The notes beneath the pieces were generated by a model. The model was not told the DNA's origin, did not search any database, and worked only from the letters and a program-made list of their open reading frames with translations. The translations under genes and the position numbers were made by a program. Below, in pieces: positions 28,123-41,922 of a stretch of DNA of 64,000 nucleotides. This stretch comes from Octopus vulgaris. Its lineage: Eukaryota. The stretch lies in NCBI GenBank assembly GCA_951406725.2, contig OX597830.1:34534001-34598000 (forward strand), given 5' to 3'. Each line of letters opens with the position of its first letter. Positions within the stretch are counted from its first letter, which is position 1.

Positions 28123-28681
28123 TTGGGTTGTCCGGAAAGTTCATGCCAATTTATAGTAGCTTACCTTTCGCCTTACTTTAGAACATGGTTGAGTCCATAA
28201 AATTTGACTACACCTCCATTTAGAGCAAAGTTTAACCTATCTTTTCATGGAAGAAGGTTTATGTTCCTATAACATGTGTTAATTCTGTAACCATTTAAAA
28301 TCGAAAATAAGAAAGTTCATTTTTGGCACTTGCTGCTTTAGAAACCAGACAAAAATTGCTGCAGTTCGGCTGGGATGTGTTACCCCATCCTCGATATTCA
28401 CCTGATATTGCTCCTTTAGATTTCCACTTATTCAGGTCTCTGCAGAATAGTCTTAATGGTAAAAATTTCAATTCCTAGGATGACGTAAAAAGACACCTTG
28501 ACTTCTTTGTCATGAAATTACGTGAATTCTGGGAAGAGGGTATTTTCAAGTTAAAAGGAAAGATGGAGATGCATTGTACAACAAAATGGTTCACATTTGG
28601 TTGATTAAAAATGCAATGGCAAGTATTTATTGAACTTTTTCTTTCATTTAAAAATCGACACGAACTTTCCGGACAACCCAA
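28123..28681 (+). mobile_element. Internally deleted mariner element with both TIRs
   Basis: TA-TTGGGTTGTCCGGAAAGTTC ... GAACTTTCCGGACAACCCAA-TA; remnant TRQKLLQFGWDVLPHPRYSPDIAPLDFHLFRSLQNSLNGKNF. Confidence 0.92.
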
Positions 28682-28756
28682 TATTTAGAACAGCGTTATT
28701 CAATGTGTCCTTTTATTTTTTGAAGATATCAATTCGTGATTTCAATACCAAATTAA

Positions 28757-29156
28757 TCTTTTGTCTTTCAATTGTTTACCTGTCTCAGTCATTGGATTGT
28801 GGCCAATCTGGAGCATTGCTCTGAGAAGTCTTTAGTCGAATGAATTAGCCCCTGCAATTTTTTTACTTCATATTAAACCAGGTACATGTTCTGTCATTCT
28901 CTTTTGTTGAACTGTTAAGTTACAGGAATGTAAACACACCAATACCAGTTGTCAAGCAGTGGGGGGGGGGGCAAACGCATAGATATGTATATACAATAGG
29001 CTTCTTTCAGTTTCCATCAACCAAATCCACTCACGAGTCTTTGGTTGACCCAAGGCTTTAGCAGAAGTCATTTGCCCAAGATGCCATGCAGTGAGACTGA
29101 ACCTAGAATCATGTGGCCGGAAAACAAACTTCTTTCCACACATCCACACCCGTGCC
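28757..29156 (-). mobile_element. SINE family A, diverged
   Basis: Reverse complement of family A head, body and tail. Confidence 0.8.
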
Positions 29157-29442
29157 TTTGTTTGCATAGGTTATAAAGGTACAAATGTAAAAGCATTTAG
29201 CTACAAAGTGCTTGACTATGGGAGTTTGGTGAAACTTTGAATATTGCTGGTATGAAAAGGCCATCACAGTATGAGTTACCTCTCACTGGGAACTGTTGCT
29301 CCTAAAGACTGTGTTAGTTTTTGCCTTCCACTGCTTAATCTATCAGAAGTAACCCCCAAGTGTTTTTCAAATTGCAAATCTATCTTCAGTAAGCATCAAC
29401 AACAAATATACTTTTTATCATAATAGAAGTTATAAGGTTAAG

Positions 29443-30328
29443 ACAAGGTCTGATCAATAAGTATCGGGATTATTGCCATAGTAACAAAGCTAAAGCATGC
29501 AGTGTAAAGCTGCTTGGCACAAATTGACCTTGACCTCTGCTGTGCATGCGCATTAAGTTTCAACGTTCTAGCTCACTTTCGCTGTTTACAGCAGTGCTTG
29601 GAAGGAACGTGTGTAGTGTGTGATCATCGCATTAACTATGACAAAGAAAGTTGTGGCGATACCTGCTCAGAGGCCTATGCAAGGTTGCAGAAAATGAATG
29701 GAGAGGAGTATATGAGATGCACAGAAGTATACGAGTGGTTCAGAGCTTTCCAAGATGGCCGAGAAATGTTGATATTGACAAATGTTCTGGGAGACCCATA
29801 ACTAGCAGAACTGAGAAAAACAACTCAGATGTGCGTGCAGTTGTGAGGGGGATCGTCGAATTACCATCTGTGAGTTATCAGAAGATGTGCAGATTAGTAA
29901 CGGTTCAGTTCAGTCCATTATCACTAAAGATTTGGGTATGAGATGTGCGCCTGCAAAGTTTGTGCTAAAACTGCTTTGAACTGACCAAAAAGATACTCGG
30001 TTTTATTGCACAAAATCTCCTTGATTGTGCCAAGAATGATGAAAACTTTTTGAAAACTTTACATAGGCCTCTGAGCAGGTATCACCAAACTTTCGGCAAA
30101 TTTGATGCAGATTTTCTGCTCAACTTTATCATGGTCAATGTGACAATCACACACTACACACCTTCCTTCCGAGCACTGCTGTAAACAGTGGAAATGAGCT
30201 AGACCGTTAAAACTTAGTGTACATGCATAACAGAGTTCAAGATCAATCTGTGTCAAGTGGCTTGAGTCTGCATGCTTTGGGTTTATTATTATGGCAACAG
30301 TCCAGATACTTATTGATCAGATCATGTA
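29443..30328 (+). mobile_element. Fold-back mariner derivative: transposase N-terminus flanked by two inverted 5' ends
   Basis: 29443-29682 is inverted at about 30060-30328; N-terminal remnants VEQKICIKF, GDTCSEAYARLQ..VYEWFRAFQDGRE, CSGRPITSRTE, LGMRCAPAKFVLKLL. Confidence 0.88.
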
Positions 30329-30719
30329 AGTTGTATAATAACATAGTTCAGAAAACCAGACCTTGTAGTAGCCATTTTATGTACTTTGGTGAAGACAACT
30401 TATTCTGGTTAACTGACCAACCAGTGAGCTTCTTTATTTCATTATATTGGCCATAAAGGCCTTACATAGGGAAAGGAAGCTGCGGGCCGGACACAGACAT
30501 AATGTTATATGAAATGAAAAATGAAAATGATGATTAATGAGGGCAACTAGCAACGCCTGCCGATCGTTATTTTGCAAGAACATTGATCTCTTATAATTCA
30601 TTCATGAGGCAACAAACCTCTTACACTGTTCACAATATTCCATAACAAAATGAGGCACTAAGTCTCTTACATTTTTCCCAACTAGGAACTTTCATGCCCG
30701 ACTAGGCACCTCGCCTCAT

Positions 30720-31228
30720 TTAAGCACCTGGACAGTGCCAAATTGGGCCACTTCAACATAAAACTTAAATGTATCCTCGGGGAAGGAGTTCATTACCCTG
30801 CACGAGTCGGTTTCCCATATGACCTCTGCAGCCACCTGCGTAGGCCAATCAGGGTCCTCAGTGCAGGATAGAATCCCTTCCCTCCGGCCTTTTTTTAAAC
30901 TTCTTCACGAAGTTTTCTAAAGTCCCTCCCTTATGGAAGAGTATTACAAACTCTTCATCTGGCGCATAGGAAGGGGCCACATTTTCCACCATCGGTGGAA
31001 CAATTCCAACCAACGGGGTTTCAGGACATGCCAGCAGTGTGTTATGAACTGTCGGAAATGTCCCATTTTTCTTTTCCTTTATTTTAACTTGAGCCACGGG
31101 AGGCTGGAGTTCTTCTGTTTTGTCCAAAAGATTTTCCTTCCCTCCTGCAGCCTTCGGTTCCTTCGGTGGACAATCATTGTTGTCCACCTTTCTTTTTTTC
31201 CCTTTTTTCAAGGAGGTCTCAACCAGTG
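30720..31228 (-). mobile_element. Probable LINE ORF1 C-terminal fragment (Tx1/L1-like), frameshifted
   Basis: GC-richer coding-like segment KKGKKRKVDNNDCPPKEPK...EEFVILFHKGGTLENFVKKFK, continuing in another frame TEDPDWPTQVAAEVIWETDSC; family assignment is from resemblance only. Confidence 0.4.
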
Positions 31229-31319
31229 AGCATCTACTACATGCATACATACATATACACACATACATATATGCATGCATACACACACACACATACACAC
31301 ACACATACATATACACACT

Positions 31320-33190
31320 GCACGAAGACCATCATCAATAACCAAAATACAGCTGAGAAGAAAATGTTTTTGAAAATCAAACTCAACTCCAAAGTGATCT
31401 TCTCTTTTGCAAAAAAGCATAAAGTCACTGTCTCCACTGTTGGTCCTCTAATTGATGAAAATGAATATCTCCAAAATAATGCCAAAACCATTAGTGAGAT
31501 GCTGCAGAAACAGTACTGCTCTGTTTTTATCAATACTGATATGGCCGATCTAGATTGTATAGGTGATGTTAATCCTCAACACACTATATCAGACATAACG
31601 TTTGGTGGCCCTGATGTCTTAGCGACAACAAACGAAATCAAACACAATTTAGCTCTGGTAAGTTCCCTGCTTGTGTTCTGAAGTTGTGCCATCACCAACT
31701 TGCATCTCCTCTTGCTTATCTGTGGGGTAACTCACTAGATGCTGGTTATATTCCTAAGAGCTTTCTGTCCCACTCTGTTGTTCCAGTTTGCAAAAAGGGA
31801 AACAAATTTTTTGCAGTGAACTACCGGCCAATCTCGCTCACCTCTCATATCATCAAAGTATTTGAAAGGGTGGTGATATCACGGATAACCCACTTTCTTG
31901 AAAACAACAGACGCTGAACCCCAGCCAACACAGGTTTCATAATGGAAAGAACTGCGTAATACAGCTCCTGTATCACCTTGATGACATTTTGAGAGCATTG
32001 GGAGAGGGTTCGAATACTGATGTCATCTACCTTGATGGGTGGTTTCTACAATGGATCGAGTTTTTCCTGACAGACAGAACCCAATATGATGTAGTTGAAG
32101 GAGTAAAATCAAGCCCAGCCAAAGTCAGTAGTAGTGTTCCACAAGGCACTGTGTTGGGCCCACTTCTTTTCACCATCTATATCAATGACATTACTAACAT
32201 TATCAAGCATAGTAACATAAGAATCTTTGCAGATGATTACATGATCCAGAAGGTCATCAATGATGTCGGTGATCAGGCATGCTTTCAGTCAGATCTGCTG
32301 GCTGTCATGTAATGGGCAGAAAAGAATGATATGCTGCTGAACGAGGACAAATTTGAGTTAATTCACTTCAGAAAGAGGAAACCTTAAAACTCTCATACTC
32401 CCTTTCTTCAGGTGAAACTCTCATGGCATCCCAGACCATCAGAGATTTGGGAGTAATTGTGGACAACAACATAAGCTGGGCCACTCATATAAACAGTAAA
32501 GTTGACATGGCCCGCAGAATGTGTTCATGGATTCTCAAAACTTTCCAGTCGAGAGATATCCACACCATTATCCTTCTCTTCTCTACTGTTGCCCAACCCC
32601 ATCTTAAATACTGTTGTTGTCCATTGTAGTCTCCCTACATGAAACAAAGCATCATGAAAGTTGAAGCACCTCAACGGTCAATTACAAAAAAGATAGATGG
32701 CATGATAGGCCTTACTATTAGGGTTGTGTAGAAAAGCTCAAGCTTTATTTCCTCCAACGATGCCATGAGCACTGCATCATCTGCATGATGTAGAAAATAT
32801 TCCATCAGTGTTGCTCAAATGATGCTGACATTGCCTTTAAGATACACCTAAGACTTAGATCCCATGCTATTTGCACACAACATAAATCATACTCGCATCA
32901 CATAACAACAATACGATACAATTATTTCACTTCAATTGGCCCCGCTCTCTTTAACATTTCACCAAAATACATTAAAGTAGAAACAGAACCCATGAAGTTC
33001 AAGAAGTCTTTGGACAAATTCCTGCAAAAATTCCCAGATAAACCTACTACACCCAGATATGTCTCCGTAAACAATAACTCTCTCCTCGAGTGGGCCACGT
33101 AGTCTGATTCCTGATTTGAATGACGTTGCCAGGTGGTGCTGTTAAGTTAGGCATGGCCTGGGCCAATATTGGCCGAAACCTATCAAAGTA
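31320..33190 (+). mobile_element. 5'-truncated CR1-clade LINE, decayed reverse transcriptase
   Basis: VVPVCKKGNK..NYRPISLTSHIIKVFERV, DVIYLD, VPQGTVLGPLLFTIYIND, IFADD, IRDLGVIVDNNISW; stops, frameshifts and a deletion after YLD. Confidence 0.93.
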
Positions 33191-33218
33191 TATACATACA
33201 TACATACATACATACATA

Positions 33219-33265
<47 letters not shown>

Positions 33266-35176
33266 CATACATACATGCATAACACACACACGAATATTTA
33301 CATACATGTATATATGTGTGAATGTGTGTGTGTATACATATACACATATATATATCCATGTACATACTTGCATATGTATGTATACACACATCTATATATC
33401 ATATTTCCTTACACTAGTGTCTGTATATGAGTAAGTACATGTATGTGTGTGTGTGTGCATGTGTGGTGTGTGTGCGTGTGTAGTCTGTGTCTGTGTGTGT
33501 TTGTTATTATGTGGTGTATGTATTCATATATACATATAAACAAACAAGAGAAAAGAGACAGAATGAGGAAGCGAGTGGATAGATAGATAGATGGATGGAT
33601 GGATGATTGGGGTGGATGAGTAAGTTCTGAGAGAAAAACGAGATTTATAATTCTTGTACATAAATGATTGATTAGTATATATAAGAAGCAGTCAACGTGA
33701 TAGTCTTTATTACAAATAGGACAAAAGCCGACTAACTTGATTTTCTCCAGTTCATTTAACCTGTAGCTACAAAATTTCCCTTCAATTTTCTAACCACTAT
33801 GAGAGATTATTAATTAAGTTTCATTGCATTGCTTTGCGCTGCCTTGCACTTGTTTTGCAGTTGCATTTCATTGTATTATATTATATTAGAATATATTGTA
33901 TTTCATTGTATTGTATTATATTCTAATGCATTGCTTTTTCCAGTGCTATTTGAGATAATAATTAACCAACATCTAAAATCGCGTTTCGCTCGATGATTTT
34001 TTGTTGTTGTTGCTGTTGTTGTTGTTGTTGTTGTTGTTTATGAGGTTGTTTTGTTGTTTTGTGTTGTGTTCGCATTTCTACCCCTTGAGGCACAGTAATT
34101 TTCTTCTGTATCATTGTTTTACCAAATTGGCATCACAATCATATATTTAATTATATTCATTTGCAGCTAAAACCATATGAAAATTTTTAGAAAACATACA
34201 CACATATATATATATATATGTTTCTTTTATTTTTTCTTCTTTTAGCAATATCAAATATCTATGTTAGCATGAATTATTATCTAAATACACAAATATACAC
34301 ACTACTCATGCACAAATATATGTGCAAATAAGTATATATGCACGTGTCTATATATGTGTATACGCATACACACCACTTTTAAAATGCTATATTTTAATTT
34401 TATCAATTTCGAGTGTGTCTTTTTGGTTTCAATTAAAATCCTTTACATTTAGCTATTCCATATTATATTTCATTATTTTCTGTATATATTTCTATTTTTC
34501 TTTATGTTTCCTCCCTTTCTTTGTTTGTTTGGTTTATTTAACTTTTTTCTATCTAAGGGAAATTTATAATTTGCCTCTTAAATACACCCCTGTAGGTTTC
34601 CATAGATATTTTAACCTTGCTGTGAACACATAGGGGAAATATTTGTTATTAGCTCTCAACTCTATTTTCAGAGAAAAATACCGACATATTGCAACTATAA
34701 TATTAGGAGACAATATAATTACAAGAGATGATTAATAGCAGAGAGATAATAAGCCAATGAAGGAATTTTCAATGTACTCCACTATTCTTTCTAGAAATAG
34801 CAATCAAATCTCCCTCAAATTGCACTCTTTTAGCTTGAAAATAGCTAAGAACAAACTGGGTATAGTCCTAGATATACAGTGTTTGATTAAAATATCGGCT
34901 AGTTGATAATTTGAACCTCATTACTTTGATCAGTTGGATTAAGGTTGACTTAGAGTTAAATAACAACAGCAACAATGACTTAAATATAGAGTATAAAGAT
35001 TCATTGCCTAATGTAGTATTAAATAAGCTGTATCTAAAAAAGGAAAAAAAAAACGGACTTGATGGTCATAGCTGGAATGTGTTTGAGCATAGATCTGCTC
35101 AAACAAGGCTGACTTGAGTACTAAACAACTACATCTAAAATTGATCTGGAAAGTAGTTATGAAAGTAGTTATGTTA

Positions 35177-35339
35177 GGCGTAAGAGTGGCTTTGTGGTAA
35201 GAAGCTTGCTTACGAACCACATGGTTCTGGGTTCAGTCCCACTGCATGGCACTTTGGACAAGTGTCTTCTACTATAGCCTCGGGCCGACCAAAGCCTTGT
35301 GAGTGGATTTGGTAGACGGGAACTGAAAGAAGCCCGTCG

Positions 35340-35373
<34 letters not shown>

Positions 35374-35590
35374 TGTATTTGTGTGTCTGTGTTTGTCCCC
35401 TCAACATCGATTGACAACCGATGCTGGTGTGTTTACGTCCTCGTAACTTAGCGGTTCGGCAAAAGAGACCGATAGAATAAGTACTAGGCTTACAAAGAAT
35501 AAGTCCTGGGATCAATTTGCTCGACTAAAGGCGGTGCTTCAGCATGGTCACAGTCAAATGACTGAAACAAGTAAACGAGTAGAAGAGTAA
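35177..35590 (+). mobile_element. SINE family A, full length
   Basis: Near-identical organisation to the 11478 copy. Confidence 0.9.
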
Positions 35591-35629
35591 CTGTTCAACC
35601 TAAGCTGCAAATCAAGGTTTTTTATCTAG

Positions 35630-36010
35630 TTGCTTGACCCAACCTATCTAGGCCTTGGGGCCTAATAAAAACATCCTTATTGTGGAGTATATGCAGAGAC
35701 AGGTGTTACTACTGCATTATGTAAGACTAGTCTTAGCCTAAAAATCCAATTATACTTCTGATTACTTTGATTACTCTAGCTGCACAGTTGTCTGCCAAAA
35801 GTATGTCTACATCAACCATACTGGCACTGCTATTAACCTACATGAGTTTGTAACTTTTTTTTTGCCTATGTGGTGTCTGGCTGAAGCTTCCTTCCATCTT
35901 ACTTCTTGCACACATCACACATCTAAATACCTCATCTGTAGCATTTCAGCCATCTCACTGAACCCATTTTCCCTTTTACCAACATTGATCTTAATACCAC
36001 TAAGGTTATC
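35630..36010 (-). mobile_element. RTE-clade LINE AP-endonuclease N-terminal relic
   Basis: Minus-strand INVGKRENGFSEMAEMLQMRYLDV*CVQEVRWKEAS and VSAYTPQ. Confidence 0.7.
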
Positions 36011-36725
36011 AACTTGAAACCTGTGATAGTAGAGGAGGGAAGATTTGTTTTTGATATCAGTGAAGAAAACATTTCCAAACACTTCTCAACTGGATGTGAG
36101 GCACTGCACATGGCAATTCATACAGGTATTTGTTATTCAATGAATTACACTTTTGCTTAAACCCATAAAGCCTTCAGAGAGAAGCACCTGCAAGAAAACA
36201 CGATAAAGGGAGAGAAGCAAGAGGTGAGAAACAAGGGGTTACTAGTTAGGCATCACATATATACAAAACTAGGACATTAATTTGAACATATTCACAAACA
36301 CACAAGCATTCACAAATATATAAATACATACATTAAGATAGTGCTAGAGAGATACTTACACTTGCATGTGTATGTACATCATATGGTTTATTTCTTTAAA
36401 GATGTAAGATTTTAAATCTTAAGGAATATTAGTTAATGTTTTTTCTTGCCCAAATTATGATGCAAGATTCCATCTTAAAATGCTTAAATGTTGATGTACA
36501 CAGCAATGTACACATTGCTGTTTCAAACATGCACCCCAGAACATTAACAAATGTACAGTTACACATGAAAATACACACACATACACACACACGCACGCAC
36601 AGACACACACACACATACAATGCACGTGTATGTATATGAGTTGATGTTTTTTCATTTCTCATGTTAGAAAACTTTCAAAAGATCAAGGTATTAATTAGAT
36701 CTCTTAAGGCATTGACATACATACA

Positions 36726-36773
<48 letters not shown>

Positions 36774-37008
36774 AATATATTTATATATACACACATATAC
36801 ATGTATATATATGTACAAATACACACATGTATGCATGCATCCACACCTACACATACGCATTCTCACAAATATATGGTGGGGGAAATCTGTGATAAAACTG
36901 TATGCCAATGTTTAAGTTTCATGCTTACACGCTTATACAGACAATTCTGTATATTGAGTACTTGTCTTCTTTGGTACAATCAATATATATATATATATAT
37001 ACACATAC

Positions 37009-37079
<71 letters not shown>

Positions 37080-37320
37080 CATACATACACATGTGTGTGT
37101 AATGTGTTTATGAGTGAACAAGTTCTGGAGGAAGATTTGAAATACCTGTTTTGACATGAAATGAGTAAGAAAATAAAGCATAAAGGAAATACAATAAAAA
37201 ATTTGGAAATAGTTTCCCTTCTAAATTATTTAGAGAGAAGATGAAGATTAGAAAATGTGAAATTAATAATATAAAGTTTTATATAGATACATACATACAC
37301 ACACATTCACACTCACTTAA

Positions 37321-37373
<53 letters not shown>

Positions 37374-37387
37374 TAGATAGATAGATG

Positions 37388-37435
<48 letters not shown>

Positions 37436-37929
37436 TATGTGTGTGTATATATATATATATATAGATGTATGTATATAAAAGTATATATATATATATATTT
37501 ATATATATAATTAAAATTACAACTTTATATATTATTTAATGTTATATAAAACAATATTGCAATCTTCACATATAAATATACATTTGTGTAGGTATGAATA
37601 TATATGTGTATAACAATGTATATATGTGTTGTGTGTGTGTGTTTGTGTGTATGTGTGTATAAGTATTTATATATGTATGCATATATATGTACGTATGTAT
37701 GCTTATTGTTGGTATGTATTTGTGGAAGCTTGTGAGCACGTGTCTGTGACATTCTGTGTGTGCATGTTCTGAGTATGTATTACGTAATTGTGTGTATACG
37801 TAGATGCATAAATGCACTGCAACCCCTCATTGTCATACAGATACACAAATGCACAAATATATGTATGCATACACAAACGCTGACATACGTGTGTACATGT
37901 ATGAATAGCTTTTGATAAATACATTAACA

Positions 37930-37983
<54 letters not shown>

Positions 37984-38042
37984 TATATGTACATATACAT
38001 ATATACACATATACATACATATATATTTATATACATACTTAC

Positions 38043-38094
<52 letters not shown>

Positions 38095-38825
38095 TTTCAT
38101 TTTGTGAAATAATCACTTCAAATGGGAAGAGTTTTTCTTCTGCTCTACAACTTTGATATATGGTCACATGACAATTTTGCTTTTTTTACTGTGCACATGT
38201 CTGTTTCTTTCATCCTACCTCTCCCTCTCTCTCCCTCTCATTCCTTCTCTCTCTCTCTATTCATCTCCTTCCCTCCCTCCCTCTCTTTCTCTGTTTCTGT
38301 CACGTTACCTTCTCACCCCTCTACCTTTATGTACATATTCCTCAAACAAGGATGTTTCACTCTCATTTTATATCTGCATACGTTTTTGAGTAATTCTCTC
38401 ATCTCTCTAATTACTCCTTACTTTCTCTGTCTCTCTATTTTGCTTCGTGAATTTCATAGAATTTTTAAAAAAATAGAAATAATAGTGCTTAGAATCAATT
38501 ATATATCATTTCCGGATCAAAACTCCCTACCAATATATATAATACACACGTATATATATATATATATATATTGATATGTGAGTGTATGTGTGTGTGTGTA
38601 TGCATGTGTGAGTATGTGTGTCTCTTGTGTGTATGTCTATGTGCATGCCTATACAGGTACATGTGTATGCATGTATGTATGTGTATGAGCTCATATATGT
38701 ATGCATCTCGATATCCAGATATCTGTATATTATCTCTTTATCAACGTACAAAATTTATTTATATAGTTTACACATACTTGCATGCACATATTATACATGT
38801 ATATATGTGTGTGCATGTCTGTGCA

Positions 38826-38866
<41 letters not shown>

Positions 38867-39062
38867 AAATAAATATGTATATATATATATATATATTTAT
38901 ATATATAAACACATATGTATATCAACACACTCCCATATATATATATATATATATATAAATGTAAATATATATAGTTGCATATGGATAAGTATATATATAT
39001 ATATATATTTAAATACGCATACATACAAATACTTATATATAATGTGTATATAAATATATATG

Positions 39063-39112
<50 letters not shown>

Positions 39113-39135
39113 CATATATAGATATACACTGATAA

Positions 39136-39181
<46 letters not shown>

Positions 39182-39928
39182 CTTGAATGTGTATGTGTAT
39201 ATATATATATATATTTATTTATACACACACTCACTTATGTATAATATCATCATCACCATCATCATCAATATTATCATTGTCTTAATATCTATCTTCCTCC
39301 ACCGTTCTTGTATTAGTAGGATTAAGTTCATTGACCCCGATTTTCGAAGAGTTGATATGTCACCAACAGTCACCTATTCCATTCAAATGAGTGTTTGTTC
39401 TTACTCATTTGTATACGAATAACAAAGAGAAATATTTTGTTAACGGTTGTGTTTCCATGGACGTTTGTTTACGAAGTAATGACACTCTGTACTTATAGTA
39501 TTAGTATTGTGGAGACTTTTGTTTGGAATTTTTGCACAGTTTAAAGATGGTAAACACAAATGTACACTTGTGTATGCACACATACACACACACAAACATA
39601 TTTGCACCTATACACACACACACATGGAAATACACACACACACATATATTCATAAAATGATTATAAATATCACATTAACGATAATTATCAGGTAGTCAGC
39701 ATGGAAATGAACAATTTATATATTAAATTACTAATTATATATATATGTAATTATCTTAAGGGAGAAAGTCAAAACAAGTCTCATCTCGTTCATACTGAAT
39801 TAATGTTCAAGCATTACGGAGCCACCAAAGCTGTCGGTAGCTTAGTAATGTCTGGACATTAATTCAGGATAGAGTAGTTAAGTCTTGTTTCAATAATTAT
39901 ATATATAATTATTGATTTAATTATATAT

Positions 39929-40283
39929 ATAGTTGGAAAATATCGTTATAGGTATAAATATACCATAAACAAGTATAAAAATGGAGGAGAAAAAGATGTT
40001 GAATCAGAATTAGATTTAATACAAAATTGGATTCAATACATACGCACGTTTCAAAAGACAATACGAAAATGTAAGAAAAAATTATAATCATAGTAATTAT
40101 AATTTAATTATAATTACTATGATTATAATTTTTTCTTACATATTTGTATTGTCTTTTGAAACGTGCGTATGTATTGAATCCAATCTTGTATTAAACCTAA
40201 TTCTGATTCAACCTCTTTTTCTCCTCCATTTTTTAATACTTGTTTATGGCATATTTAAACCTATAACGATATTTTTCAACTAT
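39929..40283. repeat. Spacerless AT-rich palindrome, about 175-bp arms
   Basis: Arms are reverse complements about centre 40105 with scattered mismatches. Confidence 0.92.
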
Positions 40284-40853
40284 TATATTTATATTCTTAT
40301 TACTTGCTCTAGCTGTTTTTTTATAAATATGACGAATCTTTATGAGAAATCATTTTCTCTCTCTCTCTCTTTAGATCTCTCGAAAAGTTTAAATTGTTCA
40401 TTTTGAACTTAGTTTTTCTTATATATATATATATATGACAGGCTTCTTTCACTGCACATGTAGCAAATCCATGTAACTTACAAGACTTTAAGCGGACCGA
40501 GTGCATATATGAGTGGCATATAGGAAACGGTATTAAGGAAAGATAGAAAAAATATTAGATTTATAAACCCTAAAATTCACTCCATAATTGACCAAAGGCA
40601 TATGGCCTAGTGGTTAAGAGCGTGGGCTACTAACCCCAAGATTCCGAGTTCGATAATAAAAATACCTTAAGAATGAGAACCCATGTTCAAAATTCCTCCA
40701 GGACACCTGATGAAGTCTGGAGAGTACAATAACAAACAAGATGAGGACAAATATCTGTCAAATGTAAATAATTTACAATACTTTGTAAATGGGGTTGAAT
40801 ATGCAAGAGCATGGTTGGAAGGCTAAGTTCTTAACCATATAGTCATGGATATA

Positions 40854-40895
<42 letters not shown>

Positions 40896-40909
40896 TGTAT
40901 ATCCATGCG

Positions 40910-40942
<33 letters not shown>

Positions 40943-41199
40943 TGTTGTCTAACAATTGCTTTCTTTTTATGCTGGCATGGGCCAGGCAGAATTTGTTGAA
41001 GTAGATTTTCTACACCTTGATGTGCTTCCTGTTACCAATCTTCACCAGTTTCCCAGTAAGCTAATATTTCCCCATGGCCAGACATGCTTTTAGAGAAAAC
41101 TGGAAATAAGCAGTATTATTTGTAATGATGATGGTTTCATATACAACCCTACAACTCCCATGTGGTATCAAGGAAAGGGCATACATACACGCGCACACA

Positions 41200-41620
41200 C
41201 ATGGTAAATAAAAGGGGATTGAGGGGAACTGGTCCTTTTTGAACTCCTACTTGCACACTAATTTCGTGTGTTTGTGTGCAATGAGGCCCAACCAAGCCAT
41301 GTACTGGGATGTTGTAAGTAAGGTGAAAGTCAGCAATCAGTATAGCAACGAAATTATTGGGCAAGTAGGAGTTCAGAAAGGACTAGTTCTCCTCAACCCC
41401 TTTTTATTTACCATAGTCCTTCAGACCAGATTAATTTAAAAGTGGTTACCCAAGGGATCTTCTCTATACTGATGACCTTCTTATAATACCTGAATCCCTA
41501 CTAGAATTACAGAAGAAATTTAGGGTATAGCAGCAAGGGCAGGAAGTAAAGGTCTTTAGAATTGATTTAGCAAAGACCAAAGTATTAGTAAGCAGGACAG
41601 CAGATAAATTAGTAAATCCT
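41200..41620 (+). mobile_element. RTE-clade LINE reverse transcriptase relic with a short inverted duplication at its 5' side
   Basis: QAMYWDVVSKVKVSNQYS..VGVQKGLVLLNPFLFTIVLQ..DLLYTDDL..DLAKTKVL; 41200-41256 is an inverted copy of about 41361-41414. Confidence 0.8.
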
Positions 41621-41922
41621 TTTGGGATTAAGGATGTTGAGCCTCTTAGAGGGGATGACAAAATAACAAGAAAATTGCTGCGCTTCAGAAGACCCATCCA
41701 GCTAAGCAAAATGGAGATCAAATGGTGTGCTGGTGATGTTCATGCTTTCACAACAACCTCTCTCTGACAAACCTCTTCCCACATCCCATCTTCCAAGCAC
41801 TTCTCCTCCTCTCTATCTCCCACCCTCCCTCACGAAACCTCCTGCACACACTGTTACTCTCAGATCTCTTCCCTACAACATACTTTTCTAAGCTCCCCTC
41901 CCTCAACTTGTACCCGCTCATT

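Noticed and set aside
36061-36125. AG...GT segment with open frame EENISKHFSTGCEALHMAIHT
   Set aside because: Lies directly against the 5' side of the minus-strand RTE relic and has a weak donor
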